A stretch of 40,817 nucleotides of DNA, from positions 1 through 40,817 of the forward strand of contig JAYEIF010000193.1 of assembly GCA_034659895.1 (NCBI GenBank), in the 5' to 3' direction. Below the pieces are notes generated by a model, which was given only the letters and a program-made list of their open reading frames with translations, searched no databases and was not told the DNA's origin. The translations under genes and the position numbers were made by a program. This stretch comes from Candidatus Zixiibacteriota bacterium. Lineage in GTDB: Bacteria; Zixibacteria; MSB-5A5; GN15; FEB-12. Within the stretch, counting starts at the first letter, position 1. Each line of letters opens with the position of its first letter. Positions 9,677-18,379 of this stretch are shown here, one piece after another.

Positions 9677-10792
9677 CTACTCTTCCGAACCAAGATATTT
9701 CAATGCCTCGGTCTTTAACCGTTCTCTGTCAAAACCTCTAAGATCAGCCACCTCAAGAAACTCCAAAAATGATAAGTCGAGCCTGCCAATGGCAGTTCGT
9801 CCAAATGGTTGTTCTTCTGCGTCATCGGTTGCTTTTTGAAAGTTAATATCCAGAGAAAACGATTCCTGCTTGAGATTTGAAATAATATCAGTTGGCATGG
9901 TCTTAAGTGTTTCTTCAGATACCCCTTCAACGCGGACTCGGACAATCTTATCAGAGCTGGCAACCGCCTCAACTCTTTCCCTGATTATAGTAGCCAACTG
10001 GTCCCCCCGCTTACCAGTTGCGTTGATTGTCTGAATATCAACCATATCTCTACAATTCACTTTGTGGAACGTTACATTAAACGGTTCTAAATCTACCTCA
10101 AGAAATCCCTTGTCAACTTCGCGTTCCGACTGCGACAATCGCTCAGTCGATCCACAATACCACGCACGTGAGGTTACCTTGCAATAGTTGTGAAAATGAC
10201 CGAGGGCTACATAATCAAAACCCTCAAATTTTCTTAGCGGCAACTCCTGTTCCCCAAGGTCAATCATTGAAAACTCAGGCATCCCAGCCGCTACACCGTG
10301 AGCCATCAGGATATTAAATTGTGCTGAACTATCAGGAAGGCACTTGTCCAATTCCTGCTGGAGCAACTCACCTGTAAGACAATGTGGAACGGCATGGATA
10401 CAAGTTTCTCCAATCATAATTGTCTCAAGATGTCCACTGGAAACCACATACAGGTTTTTGATTTTCCTAAACACATCCAGAGCCGCTCCCTGATATTGCT
10501 GTTTGGGGGCATCATGGTTACCACTGATAATTACTGTCGGAATCCCATTCTGCTCAGCGAGACGGTGAAGCTGCTCGGCGGCGATAGCCATAATTCTATT
10601 AGTAGGACGAACTCTATCAAATAGATCCCCGGAATGGAGACATAAATCTGGCTTAATATCAATAATACGGTCTATCGCCTCTACAAAGGCATTAACAATA
10701 TCCTCCTGACGCAGCGTAAGACCGCTCTTTCCACGTCGAGGGTGACTGGCTCCGGCATCAAGATGGCTATCAGCAAAATGGCAAAGTTTCAT
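9677..10792 (-). CDS. SbcD/Mre11-family metallophosphoesterase (DNA repair exonuclease-like)
   Basis: Calcineurin-like phosphoesterase motifs in the canonical order: HFADSHLD, GDLFD, GNHD, MAHG, GHFH. I chose the start at MKLCHFADSH (10792). The ORF track starts at a GTG at 10807. There is no adjacent sbcC/rad50-like ATPase. Confidence 0.8.
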   Translation of the reverse strand: MKLCHFADSHLDAGASHPRRGKSGLTLRQEDIVNAFVEAIDRIIDIKPDLCLHSGDLFDRVRPTNRIMAIAAEQLHRLAEQNGIPTVIISGNHDAPKQQYQGAALDVFRKIKNLYVVSSGHLETIMIGETCIHAVPHCLTGELLQQELDKCLPDSSAQFNILMAHGVAAGMPEFSMIDLGEQELPLRKFEGFDYVALGHFHNYCKVTSRAWYCGSTERLSQSEREVDKGFLEVDLEPFNVTFHKVNCRDMVDIQTINATGKRGDQLATIIRERVEAVASSDKIVRVRVEGVSEETLKTMPTDIISNLKQESFSLDINFQKATDDAEEQPFGRTAIGRLDLSFLEFLEVADLRGFDRERLKTEALKYLGSEE

Positions 10793-10868
10793 AGGTAGAA
10801 TATACACAGTTCATAGTAGCTGCGTAAATGAATAAATAGTTATATAATGGGTTAAAGAATGATTATTA

Positions 10869-12302
10869 CTAATAGATTTCGTACCGAGAAATACGATCAC
10901 GAAGAGTATTGCGGGAAATACCCAAAGCTTCTGAGGTCTTTACTTGATTACCGTTGAAATGTCGCATACATGATGAGATAACAGCACGCTCAAACGATGA
11001 TTCGAGGAAATGAAATATCTGTCCGGGTGAGTTAACAATCAATCTGGGCATAATGGGTTCAACAATTTTTCTAAAAGCATCAGTATAATCCTCCCCCAAA
11101 TCATCGAGGTTAATCTTCTCTTCATCATTACTCTCGGACAGGACAGGAAAATCTTCCGGATGCAAAACATCGCTTTTTGACATCACCAGTGCAGTATGGA
11201 TATTGTTTTCAAGCTCACGTACATTGCCCGGCCACTGATGTTGAGCGAGCATCTTCATAGCCTTCTTAGAAATAATCTTCTCTCGCTCATTCATCTGAGC
11301 AGAATATTTCTTGATAAAATGGTTAGCCAGTATCGGAATATCGCTTTTACGTTCTCTCAAAGAAGGAATGAAGATAGAGAAAACTTTTAAGCGGTAGAAA
11401 AGATCAACCCGAAATGAGCCTTCTTTCATAGCCTGCACTAACGACTTATTGGTAGCAGCCACAATTCGGACATCAGCATCAATACTAACATTTCCGCCAA
11501 CGCGCTCAAACTTTTTCTCCTGAAGTACACGCAGAAGTTTCGATTGAGTAAGCATCGACATATCACCGATTTCATCAAGGAAAAGTGTACCCTTATTAGC
11601 TTGCTCAAACTTCCCAATCCGCTTGAAATACGCTCCTGTAAAAGCACCTTTCTCGTGACCAAAAAGCTCTGATTCGAGAAGTGTTTCATGTAGAGCCGCA
11701 CAATTTACCGACAGGAATTCTTTCGAACGACGATTTGAGTTTCGATGAATAGCACGTGCCACCAATTCTTTACCTGTTCCGGACTCGCCAAATACAAGAA
11801 CAGCAGCACCAGCTTTGGCTACCTGACCAATTAATTTAGCAATTTCAACAATCTCAGGTGAACGACCAATAATCTCATTAGCACGCTCGACATTTTCCTC
11901 TTTGTCAGAATGAGAGTGCTCTATTGCTTTCCCGCTAAAGTGATAACCACAGGCTTTGCTGACAGTAGTAATAAGCTTGTCTATCTCAAACGGTTTGGTG
12001 AGGTATTCAAATGCACCTTCTCGCATTGCTTCAATAGCGCTCTCCGTCGAAACAAAACCAGAAATCACAATAACCGGCAGTTCGTTCCTGACTTTCTTTA
12101 TCTGTTTAAGCACTTCCAAACCGGAAAGACTCGGCAGATTCACATCAAGCATGACCAGATCCAAGTCATTGCTCTCCTCAACCACCTGGCTTACTTTATC
12201 ACCGTCCTCCAGGAACTGGAAGTCAAACCTGTCACTGTCAAATAAATTTGCCAGCGATTGCGAAAGTTCTTTGTCGTCATCAACTAATAAGATATTCTTC
12301 AT
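10869..12302 (-). CDS. Sigma-54-dependent response regulator (NtrC family enhancer-binding protein)
   Basis: Receiver domain (DDD..., MLDVNLP). AAA+ core with Walker A GESGTGKE, the sigma-54 contact loop GAFTGA and Walker B LFLDEIG. C-terminal Fis-type HTH (NQVKTSEALGISRNTLRDRI). Confidence 0.93.
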   Translation of the reverse strand: MKNILLVDDDKELSQSLANLFDSDRFDFQFLEDGDKVSQVVEESNDLDLVMLDVNLPSLSGLEVLKQIKKVRNELPVIVISGFVSTESAIEAMREGAFEYLTKPFEIDKLITTVSKACGYHFSGKAIEHSHSDKEENVERANEIIGRSPEIVEIAKLIGQVAKAGAAVLVFGESGTGKELVARAIHRNSNRRSKEFLSVNCAALHETLLESELFGHEKGAFTGAYFKRIGKFEQANKGTLFLDEIGDMSMLTQSKLLRVLQEKKFERVGGNVSIDADVRIVAATNKSLVQAMKEGSFRVDLFYRLKVFSIFIPSLRERKSDIPILANHFIKKYSAQMNEREKIISKKAMKMLAQHQWPGNVRELENNIHTALVMSKSDVLHPEDFPVLSESNDEEKINLDDLGEDYTDAFRKIVEPIMPRLIVNSPGQIFHFLESSFERAVISSCMRHFNGNQVKTSEALGISRNTLRDRISRYEIY

Positions 12303-12733
12303 TTGCGACTATATCCTTTATGATATATTCATACTATCGGCGAAAAGGACGATTCTTATAGTTGAAAAAACGTTATTCCCACAAAAAATATCATCAATAT
12401 CGATTGTTCTTCAATTTATTTTTTCTATAAGTTCACAAAGGTCGGTGCAATTAGTAAAAGATATTATCTCTTCCAAAAAACGTTCCAGATTGAAGCAATG
12501 AGGGCTTACAAAATGTTTCTAATCGCAGTTTCTTCCAAAATTTGCTGAAGTGTCTGGTTCAACACTAAAAGACAAATTGATAATGAAAACCCATACAGAT
12601 TTAACATTGAAAGAATTCATCAACCCTGCAGTCATTATTTCGAAATAACAATTTAACAGAAGAAAGTGTACAACGTCTCAAGAAAGACAGCCCGGTAACT
12701 ACGTTAGAGAATAATCTATATCACCGTTAACAG

Positions 12734-13582
12734 TTATTTTCTTTCTTCGGATACAAGTAGTCGGACAGCAGTTCCCATCCAGATAAAATTCACAATAACG
12801 CCGATAGCCAATCCCACAACCAGAACCCAGTAAACAAGCTCTGGCTTGAAGTTCTCAACAATGCTTGTTGGGTCACTGGATATATTAGATATCACAATTG
12901 GTCCTACCAGCACCACAACTGAGATTACAAGACAGGTAATCGGGTTGTGAATAAACAAACGCAACGAACGCCCAAGTGCCTGAATGATATTATCACGGTA
13001 GATAACAATCGATGGAACTACCGCCAACAACATTGCTATCACAATAGTATACAACGATGGCAACAATATCCATTCAAAAAATGCAATCCTTCGAGGAGAG
13101 TAGCGTATCATATCCGCCAGCAGATTAGGAAGACTGAAGCTAAACACCATCAATATCCCGTTAAGGATGATATAGGCTAATACCAAGTGAATCCAGCATG
13201 GCAGCAACTGCCGAAATCGGAAGCGGTCTTCTCTCGATACTTGAACAAAACTCTCATAAAATAACAGTGACACCGCTCCAAGAACCAGTCCCTCAACTAT
13301 AAGACCAAAGAACAACCTTGCCCACTCAAAGAAATATGGCAACAACAAGAAATGCCCCGGATAATGCATAAAGCCAGTAGCCTGTTTCTCACCAAAAATA
13401 CCAGTCCAGGTGGAAATAAAATCATATAGATATGGTGATGTAAACTCTTGATGAGCCTCAAGAATTAACCATTGCAAAACGAAATATAGAAACAACCACA
13501 ACCAGATGCGTCCTCTGCCTACTTGCTTTAACACATCGATGAATATCTCGATTAGTCGATTGATACCAGCTAAAATACTCAT
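12734..13582 (-). CDS. Polytopic inner-membrane protein, function unknown
   Basis: 282 aa with about 6-7 hydrophobic helices. It starts 6 nt after the stop of the upstream FN3 gene. I recognise no family motif. Confidence 0.6.
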   Translation of the reverse strand: MSILAGINRLIEIFIDVLKQVGRGRIWLWLFLYFVLQWLILEAHQEFTSPYLYDFISTWTGIFGEKQATGFMHYPGHFLLLPYFFEWARLFFGLIVEGLVLGAVSLLFYESFVQVSREDRFRFRQLLPCWIHLVLAYIILNGILMVFSFSLPNLLADMIRYSPRRIAFFEWILLPSLYTIVIAMLLAVVPSIVIYRDNIIQALGRSLRLFIHNPITCLVISVVVLVGPIVISNISSDPTSIVENFKPELVYWVLVVGLAIGVIVNFIWMGTAVRLLVSEERK

Positions 13583-13588
13583 TAGCAG

Positions 13589-15211
13589 CTATTCCTCTGG
13601 TGGTGGTGTAACCGGAGCTGGCACACTTACTACATTACTGGCTGTTGACTCGCCATGTTTATCGTAGATATAGACAACAAAATACCAATTGGTGTTGGAA
13701 TTCTCAACTTCCGGCAGGTTAATTCCGTTACTCTGAACCGTGTTGATATTATCCCCTTTCCATACGAGAGTAGTGAATTGCCCAAGAGCAGGTTCAGATG
13801 TCCCAGCGCTTTCAGAGCGGAATATACGATACGACTCAAAATACTCTTCATTGCTTTCGATCCATGCCAAATCAACGCTAGTCGAATCGCCATTATCAAC
13901 AACGAACAGATCTACTGTCTCTGGAGGAGTATTGACAAATGTCGTTGCATTAACTATCTCCGAGGCAGTACTCAGCCCTGACTTGTCATCAACATAAATA
14001 CGATAGAAGTAAGTTGTATTGTCGTCAAGAAGGATATCAATATAACTGGTAGTACTAATAGTAGTAAACATCGTGTCCAAAGTAGATGATTCCGATACTG
14101 TCGATGATTTACTGCGATAGATACGATATGAATTAAAGTTTTCAGTGCTGCTATTCGTCTGTGTCCAGCTCAGATTGATTTGATGTGTTGACAAGGCTTC
14201 AGCTGACAACGTTACAGCCTGAGGAGATGTGAATATAGTTAATAATTCAGATGAAGTATAATCGTTGGCATTGTTGCCGGCTTCATCGGTAAAATGACCA
14301 GTAACCTCTCCGCGATCCAGGGTAAATGATGTCGGGACAACCCAAACACCATAGTAAATACCATCATCGGCAATGGAATCAGCTTCGGTACCATCATCAT
14401 ACATATCAATTGCACCTGACTGGACGCCGCCAAAAGTAACACTCGCCTCTCCCCCGGTTTCGCCGGTCGCAACGCCAAAAATAATCGTATCCCCAATCAC
14501 AAAATAATTGCCGTTATCCGGAGTATCAAAAAAGACACTGTCAATAACAGCACGAGTATCAAGAATAATAGAGTCGCTCAGGATATTGGTTAGCGACCCA
14601 TCGTCAAACTGCAACCGGGCATATACCCATTTGACTCCATCACTATCGGACAACTCAAAATTGGTCGTTGTCCCAGAATATGGAATCCAGTCTTCGTATG
14701 TAAAAGTGCTATCTTCCGAAAGCATAATATGCGAGGTCTGGGTTGGGGCATTTATCTGAACTCTAACCGAACGGCTGTTTATACGATCCTTCCCATGCTC
14801 AACATCTATCGAAAGATAAGTGAACAGAGCATCCACAACCTCAGATTGTTTCCACTCTAACCCCAATTTTGACACTGCCGCTACCCGGAAATAGTAGCGT
14901 TTATTTATAGTGAGTTGGTTTAGTTGAATGGTTATCGATGTTGTAGAATCATGGAGAACGAAATCAAAATCATCACTTCCCTCTGGCTCTGTCGCTACAT
15001 AAATATGGTATTTACCAACATCAGAAGCATCACTAATATCCCAACTAATGGTGATAGATTGGTTGTTTACAAAAACTACCAAATTGTTTGGTACAGGTCC
15101 GTCCTGCGGCACTGAGCGTACAGGATCCCGTGAGTCGATTTCTCTATCGCAAGCCCCGATAACAGCCAGCAGCATTATCAGTGAAGCAATAATGATTCGC
15201 TTTATATTCAT
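13589..15211 (-). CDS. Lipoprotein with several fibronectin-type-III-like domains
   Basis: Signal peptide with lipobox LLAVIGAC. Repeated FN3-like signatures: ITISWDISDASDVGKYHIYVA, INLSWTQTNSSTENFNSYRIYRS, VDLAWIESNEEYFESYRIFRS. Confidence 0.7.
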   Translation of the reverse strand: MNIKRIIIASLIMLLAVIGACDREIDSRDPVRSVPQDGPVPNNLVVFVNNQSITISWDISDASDVGKYHIYVATEPEGSDDFDFVLHDSTTSITIQLNQLTINKRYYFRVAAVSKLGLEWKQSEVVDALFTYLSIDVEHGKDRINSRSVRVQINAPTQTSHIMLSEDSTFTYEDWIPYSGTTTNFELSDSDGVKWVYARLQFDDGSLTNILSDSIILDTRAVIDSVFFDTPDNGNYFVIGDTIIFGVATGETGGEASVTFGGVQSGAIDMYDDGTEADSIADDGIYYGVWVVPTSFTLDRGEVTGHFTDEAGNNANDYTSSELLTIFTSPQAVTLSAEALSTHQINLSWTQTNSSTENFNSYRIYRSKSSTVSESSTLDTMFTTISTTSYIDILLDDNTTYFYRIYVDDKSGLSTASEIVNATTFVNTPPETVDLFVVDNGDSTSVDLAWIESNEEYFESYRIFRSESAGTSEPALGQFTTLVWKGDNINTVQSNGINLPEVENSNTNWYFVVYIYDKHGESTASNVVSVPAPVTPPPEE

Positions 15212-15219
15212 CAGTTCAC

Positions 15220-15957
15220 CTAAAACTCAGTAGTAATTGCTAATCCCACCATGCCATTATCGGTAGTGGGTTTAAGTGTCAAACCTTTTACCGAAAAGCT
15301 GCCGCGCTCTTCGGGAAAGAAAAACAAAACATCAACAATATTGATAACCCAAACTGCCGCAATAGCTCCAATAGTTGCACGTCTGACATTTTCTGCGCTA
15401 TAAGCTTCATCCTGAGCAACATCCAATTCATGCTTCAAACCACGTAATTCGGCAATGTTTCCATGAACAGCCACAGAATCGTATTCATGCAACCTATCTT
15501 CGAAGTAATCATTCTTATTATCGAACCGTCTGTCAGCGAAGTAATAACTTATCCCCGCTCCCACTGTTAAAGTGGCCAAAAGGAAAGATTTCTTATTCTG
15601 CTCAGTGTACCTTTGCCCCCATCCGGGGATAAAAAGTGAACGGGCTAATGCCTTAAAACGAGTTTTGGCGGGGAGAGTTACATCTACTGCCTGTTGTTTG
15701 CTCGGATCAAGTACAAGACGAGTGTTATATCCTTCATAGCCATATTTTGTAACGGTAAGTTTGTAATCACCAATCAGAAGATGTCTAAATCGAGCCGGTG
15801 TTACACCAGAGACTGTAACATCTCCAGAAAGAATGACTTGAGCGCCGGGTGGATTGGATCGAACCGTTAAATCACCCTGAGTTGTTGATTGCCCCCTCGA
15901 CGACGTCGATAATAACAATATAAAAACAACAGTCGCTAAAGTCCTTTTTAGCGTCAT
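15220..15957 (-). CDS. PEGA domain protein with membrane-spanning C-terminal half
   Basis: Signal peptide, then a PEGA-type fold signature (LTVRSNPPGAQVILSG...TPARF..LLIGDYKLTVTKYGYEGY). Next come an FIPGWGQRY motif and two hydrophobic helices. The C-terminus ends ...AITTEF. Confidence 0.72.
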   Translation of the reverse strand: MTLKRTLATVVFILLLSTSSRGQSTTQGDLTVRSNPPGAQVILSGDVTVSGVTPARFRHLLIGDYKLTVTKYGYEGYNTRLVLDPSKQQAVDVTLPAKTRFKALARSLFIPGWGQRYTEQNKKSFLLATLTVGAGISYYFADRRFDNKNDYFEDRLHEYDSVAVHGNIAELRGLKHELDVAQDEAYSAENVRRATIGAIAAVWVINIVDVLFFFPEERGSFSVKGLTLKPTTDNGMVGLAITTEF

Positions 15958-16039
15958 AAATACCTTCGAATAAATAAGTTTATTAACCTATGCTGATTTA
16001 TCGACAAATGTACTACAAAGGTTAATTTAAGACAAGCCT

Positions 16040-16070
16040 AAAATCAAAAAGCCGCAATACGAATATTGCG
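16040..16070 (-). terminator. Rho-independent terminator after the sugar transferase gene
   Basis: Minus strand reads CGCAATA-TTCG-TATTGCG (16070-16053), then GC-TTTTT-GATTTT. That is a 7-bp stem, a UUCG loop and a U-tract. Confidence 0.6.
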
Positions 16071-16108
16071 ACCTTAATATTTTCTTGATATGATTTCCTT
16101 ATCTACTT

Positions 16109-17044
16109 TCAACAAGCTCCTCGACCGGTTAGAACCACTATTACAGTTCTCATGAGTATCTTGAGGTCTGTCCAGAATGACCAATTATTAATATACTCAA
16201 GATCCAGGTCAACTTTTCGAGTCACGGAATCCAAATCCGCATCATATCCAGTTTCAACCTGTGCCAGCCCGGTTAAACCGGGTTTGACACCCAGACGGCT
16301 GGAATAATTGTCAACCTTGGTCGACAAATCTGCTACGAAGTTGGGACGTTCCGGTCGCGGTCCCACCAATGACATATCCCCTCTGAGAACATTGATAAAT
16401 TGAGGAAACTCATCCAGACGAGTTTTGCGCAGAAACTTACCAACTTTCGTAATACGCTGGTCATCTTTAGTAGCCCATACAGGTCCACTTTTCTTCTCAG
16501 CATCATTAACCATAGTGCGGAACTTAATCACTTTGAATGGACGACCCATGACGTTGTCACGCCGACGTTCCCTGCTACGATATTCCTCAACTTCACTTCT
16601 CTGATGATATCGTCGATTCCTTTTGCGGCGATTCTTTCCAACTCGTATCTGTGTATAAAAAACCGAACCACGGGAGTCAAACTTAACCATAGCCGCAACT
16701 ATAATAAATATAGGAAAGGATAATAGTATTCCAATCGACGCCCCGATAATATCCAGCCCTCTCTTAAAGAACTTACCGATCATAGCCTTAACCCTTTCAG
16801 GTCTGGTTATAACTACTGGTATTGCAAGAGCGAAGATAATCGACAATGCTACAAATAACAACCCATGAATATACTCGCAAGAGAAATATCGAAGTTGTTC
16901 GGCAAAAGTCATACCTCCTGCCGCAGTTGTCTCAGCGCGAGCAGCTGGCACACTAACAGCCACACCATAATTAAGCTGCGTTTGGGAAAAAGTTACAGTA
17001 TCACCGTTTTCCTGATTTGCTGAGTTGTTAATATCGTTGTCCAT
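16109..17044 (-). CDS. Polyprenyl-phosphate glycosyl-1-phosphate transferase (bacterial sugar transferase, WbaP/EpsL/PglC family)
   Basis: KRGLDIIGASIGILLSFPIFIIVAAMVK re-entrant helix; FKVIKFRTM; RITKVGKFLRKTRLDEFPQFINVLRGDMSLVGPRPERP. It carries an Arg/Lys-rich insert before the KFRTM block. Confidence 0.9.
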   Translation of the reverse strand: MDNDINNSANQENGDTVTFSQTQLNYGVAVSVPAARAETTAAGGMTFAEQLRYFSCEYIHGLLFVALSIIFALAIPVVITRPERVKAMIGKFFKRGLDIIGASIGILLSFPIFIIVAAMVKFDSRGSVFYTQIRVGKNRRKRNRRYHQRSEVEEYRSRERRRDNVMGRPFKVIKFRTMVNDAEKKSGPVWATKDDQRITKVGKFLRKTRLDEFPQFINVLRGDMSLVGPRPERPNFVADLSTKVDNYSSRLGVKPGLTGLAQVETGYDADLDSVTRKVDLDLEYINNWSFWTDLKILMRTVIVVLTGRGAC

Positions 17045-17100
17045 TAATTGGTAAAACTCATAATAACTATTAATACAAATTTTTCTACATTGTGCAATGA

Positions 17101-17116
17101 AGCAAAAGAATTGCCA
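17101..17116 (-). promoter_or_regulatory. Candidate sigma-54 (-24/-12) promoter upstream of the sugar transferase
   Basis: Minus strand reads TGGCAATTCTTTTGCT against the consensus TGGCAC-N5-TTGCW. GG and GC have the correct spacing, with a single mismatch (C to A). The predicted TSS is about 46 nt upstream of the ATG at 17044. Confidence 0.6.
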
Positions 17117-17378
17117 AAAGACCCCAATAGGAACTGTTTAAACAGATTAATAACTAAAGATATTCAACTACATGCTGTTCAATATGTTACAACAACACAA
17201 AAAGGAGCATACGGCAAAATCAATGCCCTTGATTTTACACAAATCTGTGTAAGAGGCTATAACACTGTCCACAAAAGCATATAAAATGCAATTAGTTGCA
17301 AAGTAAAAAAACTATTACGGAATTGAAAGTCGGTCTTAAATTTGATGTTCACTGACTAATCGAGGACAAAACAGGATA

Positions 17379-18323
17379 TCAGTCAGAGATTTTCAAGATC
17401 AGGGAAAAGCGATGTAGTTCTTCTGACGAGTAGTGTTCATCCGGTGTATATGCGTAATCCAACTGAACTCTATCAAAGCAAACTCCAGCTCCGAAGGAAA
17501 AACCAGTACCAAAAGAACGGTTGTCCTGATTTGGATAGTAGTTATATCCTCCGCGGATAAAATACTGGTCTGAGAACCCGAACTCGAATCCGTTGCGAAT
17601 AACACTTCCACCATAAAACCGCTTTTCGAATTCAATCGAAGTGAGCAGGTCTATTTTCAATGGATGAACCTCTACACCAAACCGCCCGGCAGATGGCAAA
17701 GGCTCACTGACAGCACCAAACTGCTGTTCCGGCCCCAAATTAGTAAACACAGCAACCAAAGAGAATCTATCCTGTTGATATTTACTGCCAAAATCAAAGG
17801 CATAAGTTGAACCGTTTAGATCATCGAGTTTCTGATTGATAAACTTTCCCGTAAGGCCAACGCTAATGTTTGATGACAAAGCATACCCTAAAGATATTCC
17901 ACCACAAAAATCATAAGCACTAATCTCGCCAATGGATACACCATTGACATTTCGAGCGTCAATGGTACCGTAGTCAAGATAGCTGATTGAGGTTGCTATA
18001 GTTGCCCTGTCACTAAGTTTCAAAGCGAGAGAACCATGCTCCATATTAATGCCCTGATACCATGCAAAATGCCCAAAGATAACTTCGCTACTCTCAACTG
18101 AGGCAAGTCCAGCTGGATTCCAGTAAGTAGCACTAGCGCCTTCACTGACAGCACTATATGCTCCACCCATACCAGCAGCTCTTGCATCAACACCAATTAA
18201 GAGAAAATCAGCAGCCGTATTACCAGCATTTGATGCCGCTACAGAAATTTTTCCAAACAATACTACAAAAATCAGTAGAATCAAAAAAAACAGGAGTATT
18301 TTTTTAAATGTACTTATGTACAT
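17379..18323 (-). CDS. PorV/PorQ-family outer-membrane beta-barrel protein
   Basis: Signal peptide from MYISTFKKILLFFLILLIF. The N-terminal signature AADFLLIGVDARAAGMGGAYSAVSEGASATYWNPAGLA is typical of the PorV/PorQ (UPF0164-like) family. The rest shows an alternating beta-strand pattern. I chose the ATG at 18323 (GGAAGGAAG directly upstream). The ORF-track start at 18386 would swallow the promoter match. Confidence 0.75.
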   Translation of the reverse strand: MYISTFKKILLFFLILLIFVVLFGKISVAASNAGNTAADFLLIGVDARAAGMGGAYSAVSEGASATYWNPAGLASVESSEVIFGHFAWYQGINMEHGSLALKLSDRATIATSISYLDYGTIDARNVNGVSIGEISAYDFCGGISLGYALSSNISVGLTGKFINQKLDDLNGSTYAFDFGSKYQQDRFSLVAVFTNLGPEQQFGAVSEPLPSAGRFGVEVHPLKIDLLTSIEFEKRFYGGSVIRNGFEFGFSDQYFIRGGYNYYPNQDNRSFGTGFSFGAGVCFDRVQLDYAYTPDEHYSSEELHRFSLILKISD

Positions 18324-18363
18324 CTTCCTTCCTTTCAAATTGCACTGTTCACCTGTAAACAAG

Positions 18364-18379
18364 TGCAACTGAAATGCCG
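18364..18379 (-). promoter_or_regulatory. Candidate sigma-54 (-24/-12) promoter upstream of the PorV/PorQ-like gene
   Basis: Minus strand reads CGGCATTTCAGTTGCA. GGCA and TTGCA have exact GG-N10-GC spacing. The predicted TSS is about 30 nt upstream of the ATG at 18323. Confidence 0.5.

Noticed and set aside
11956-12501. 181-aa + strand ORF, along with many other track ORFs: 774-977, 809-1204, 946-1176, 1398-1634, 1616-1876, 1898-2152, 8484-8846, 8868-9149, 13655-13981, 16400-16723, 21283-21747, 22799-23140, 26057-26371, 37132-37512 and others
   Set aside because: These are shadow ORFs, antisense to or out of frame with strongly supported genes. They have Ser/Leu/Arg-rich low-complexity translations and no motifs.
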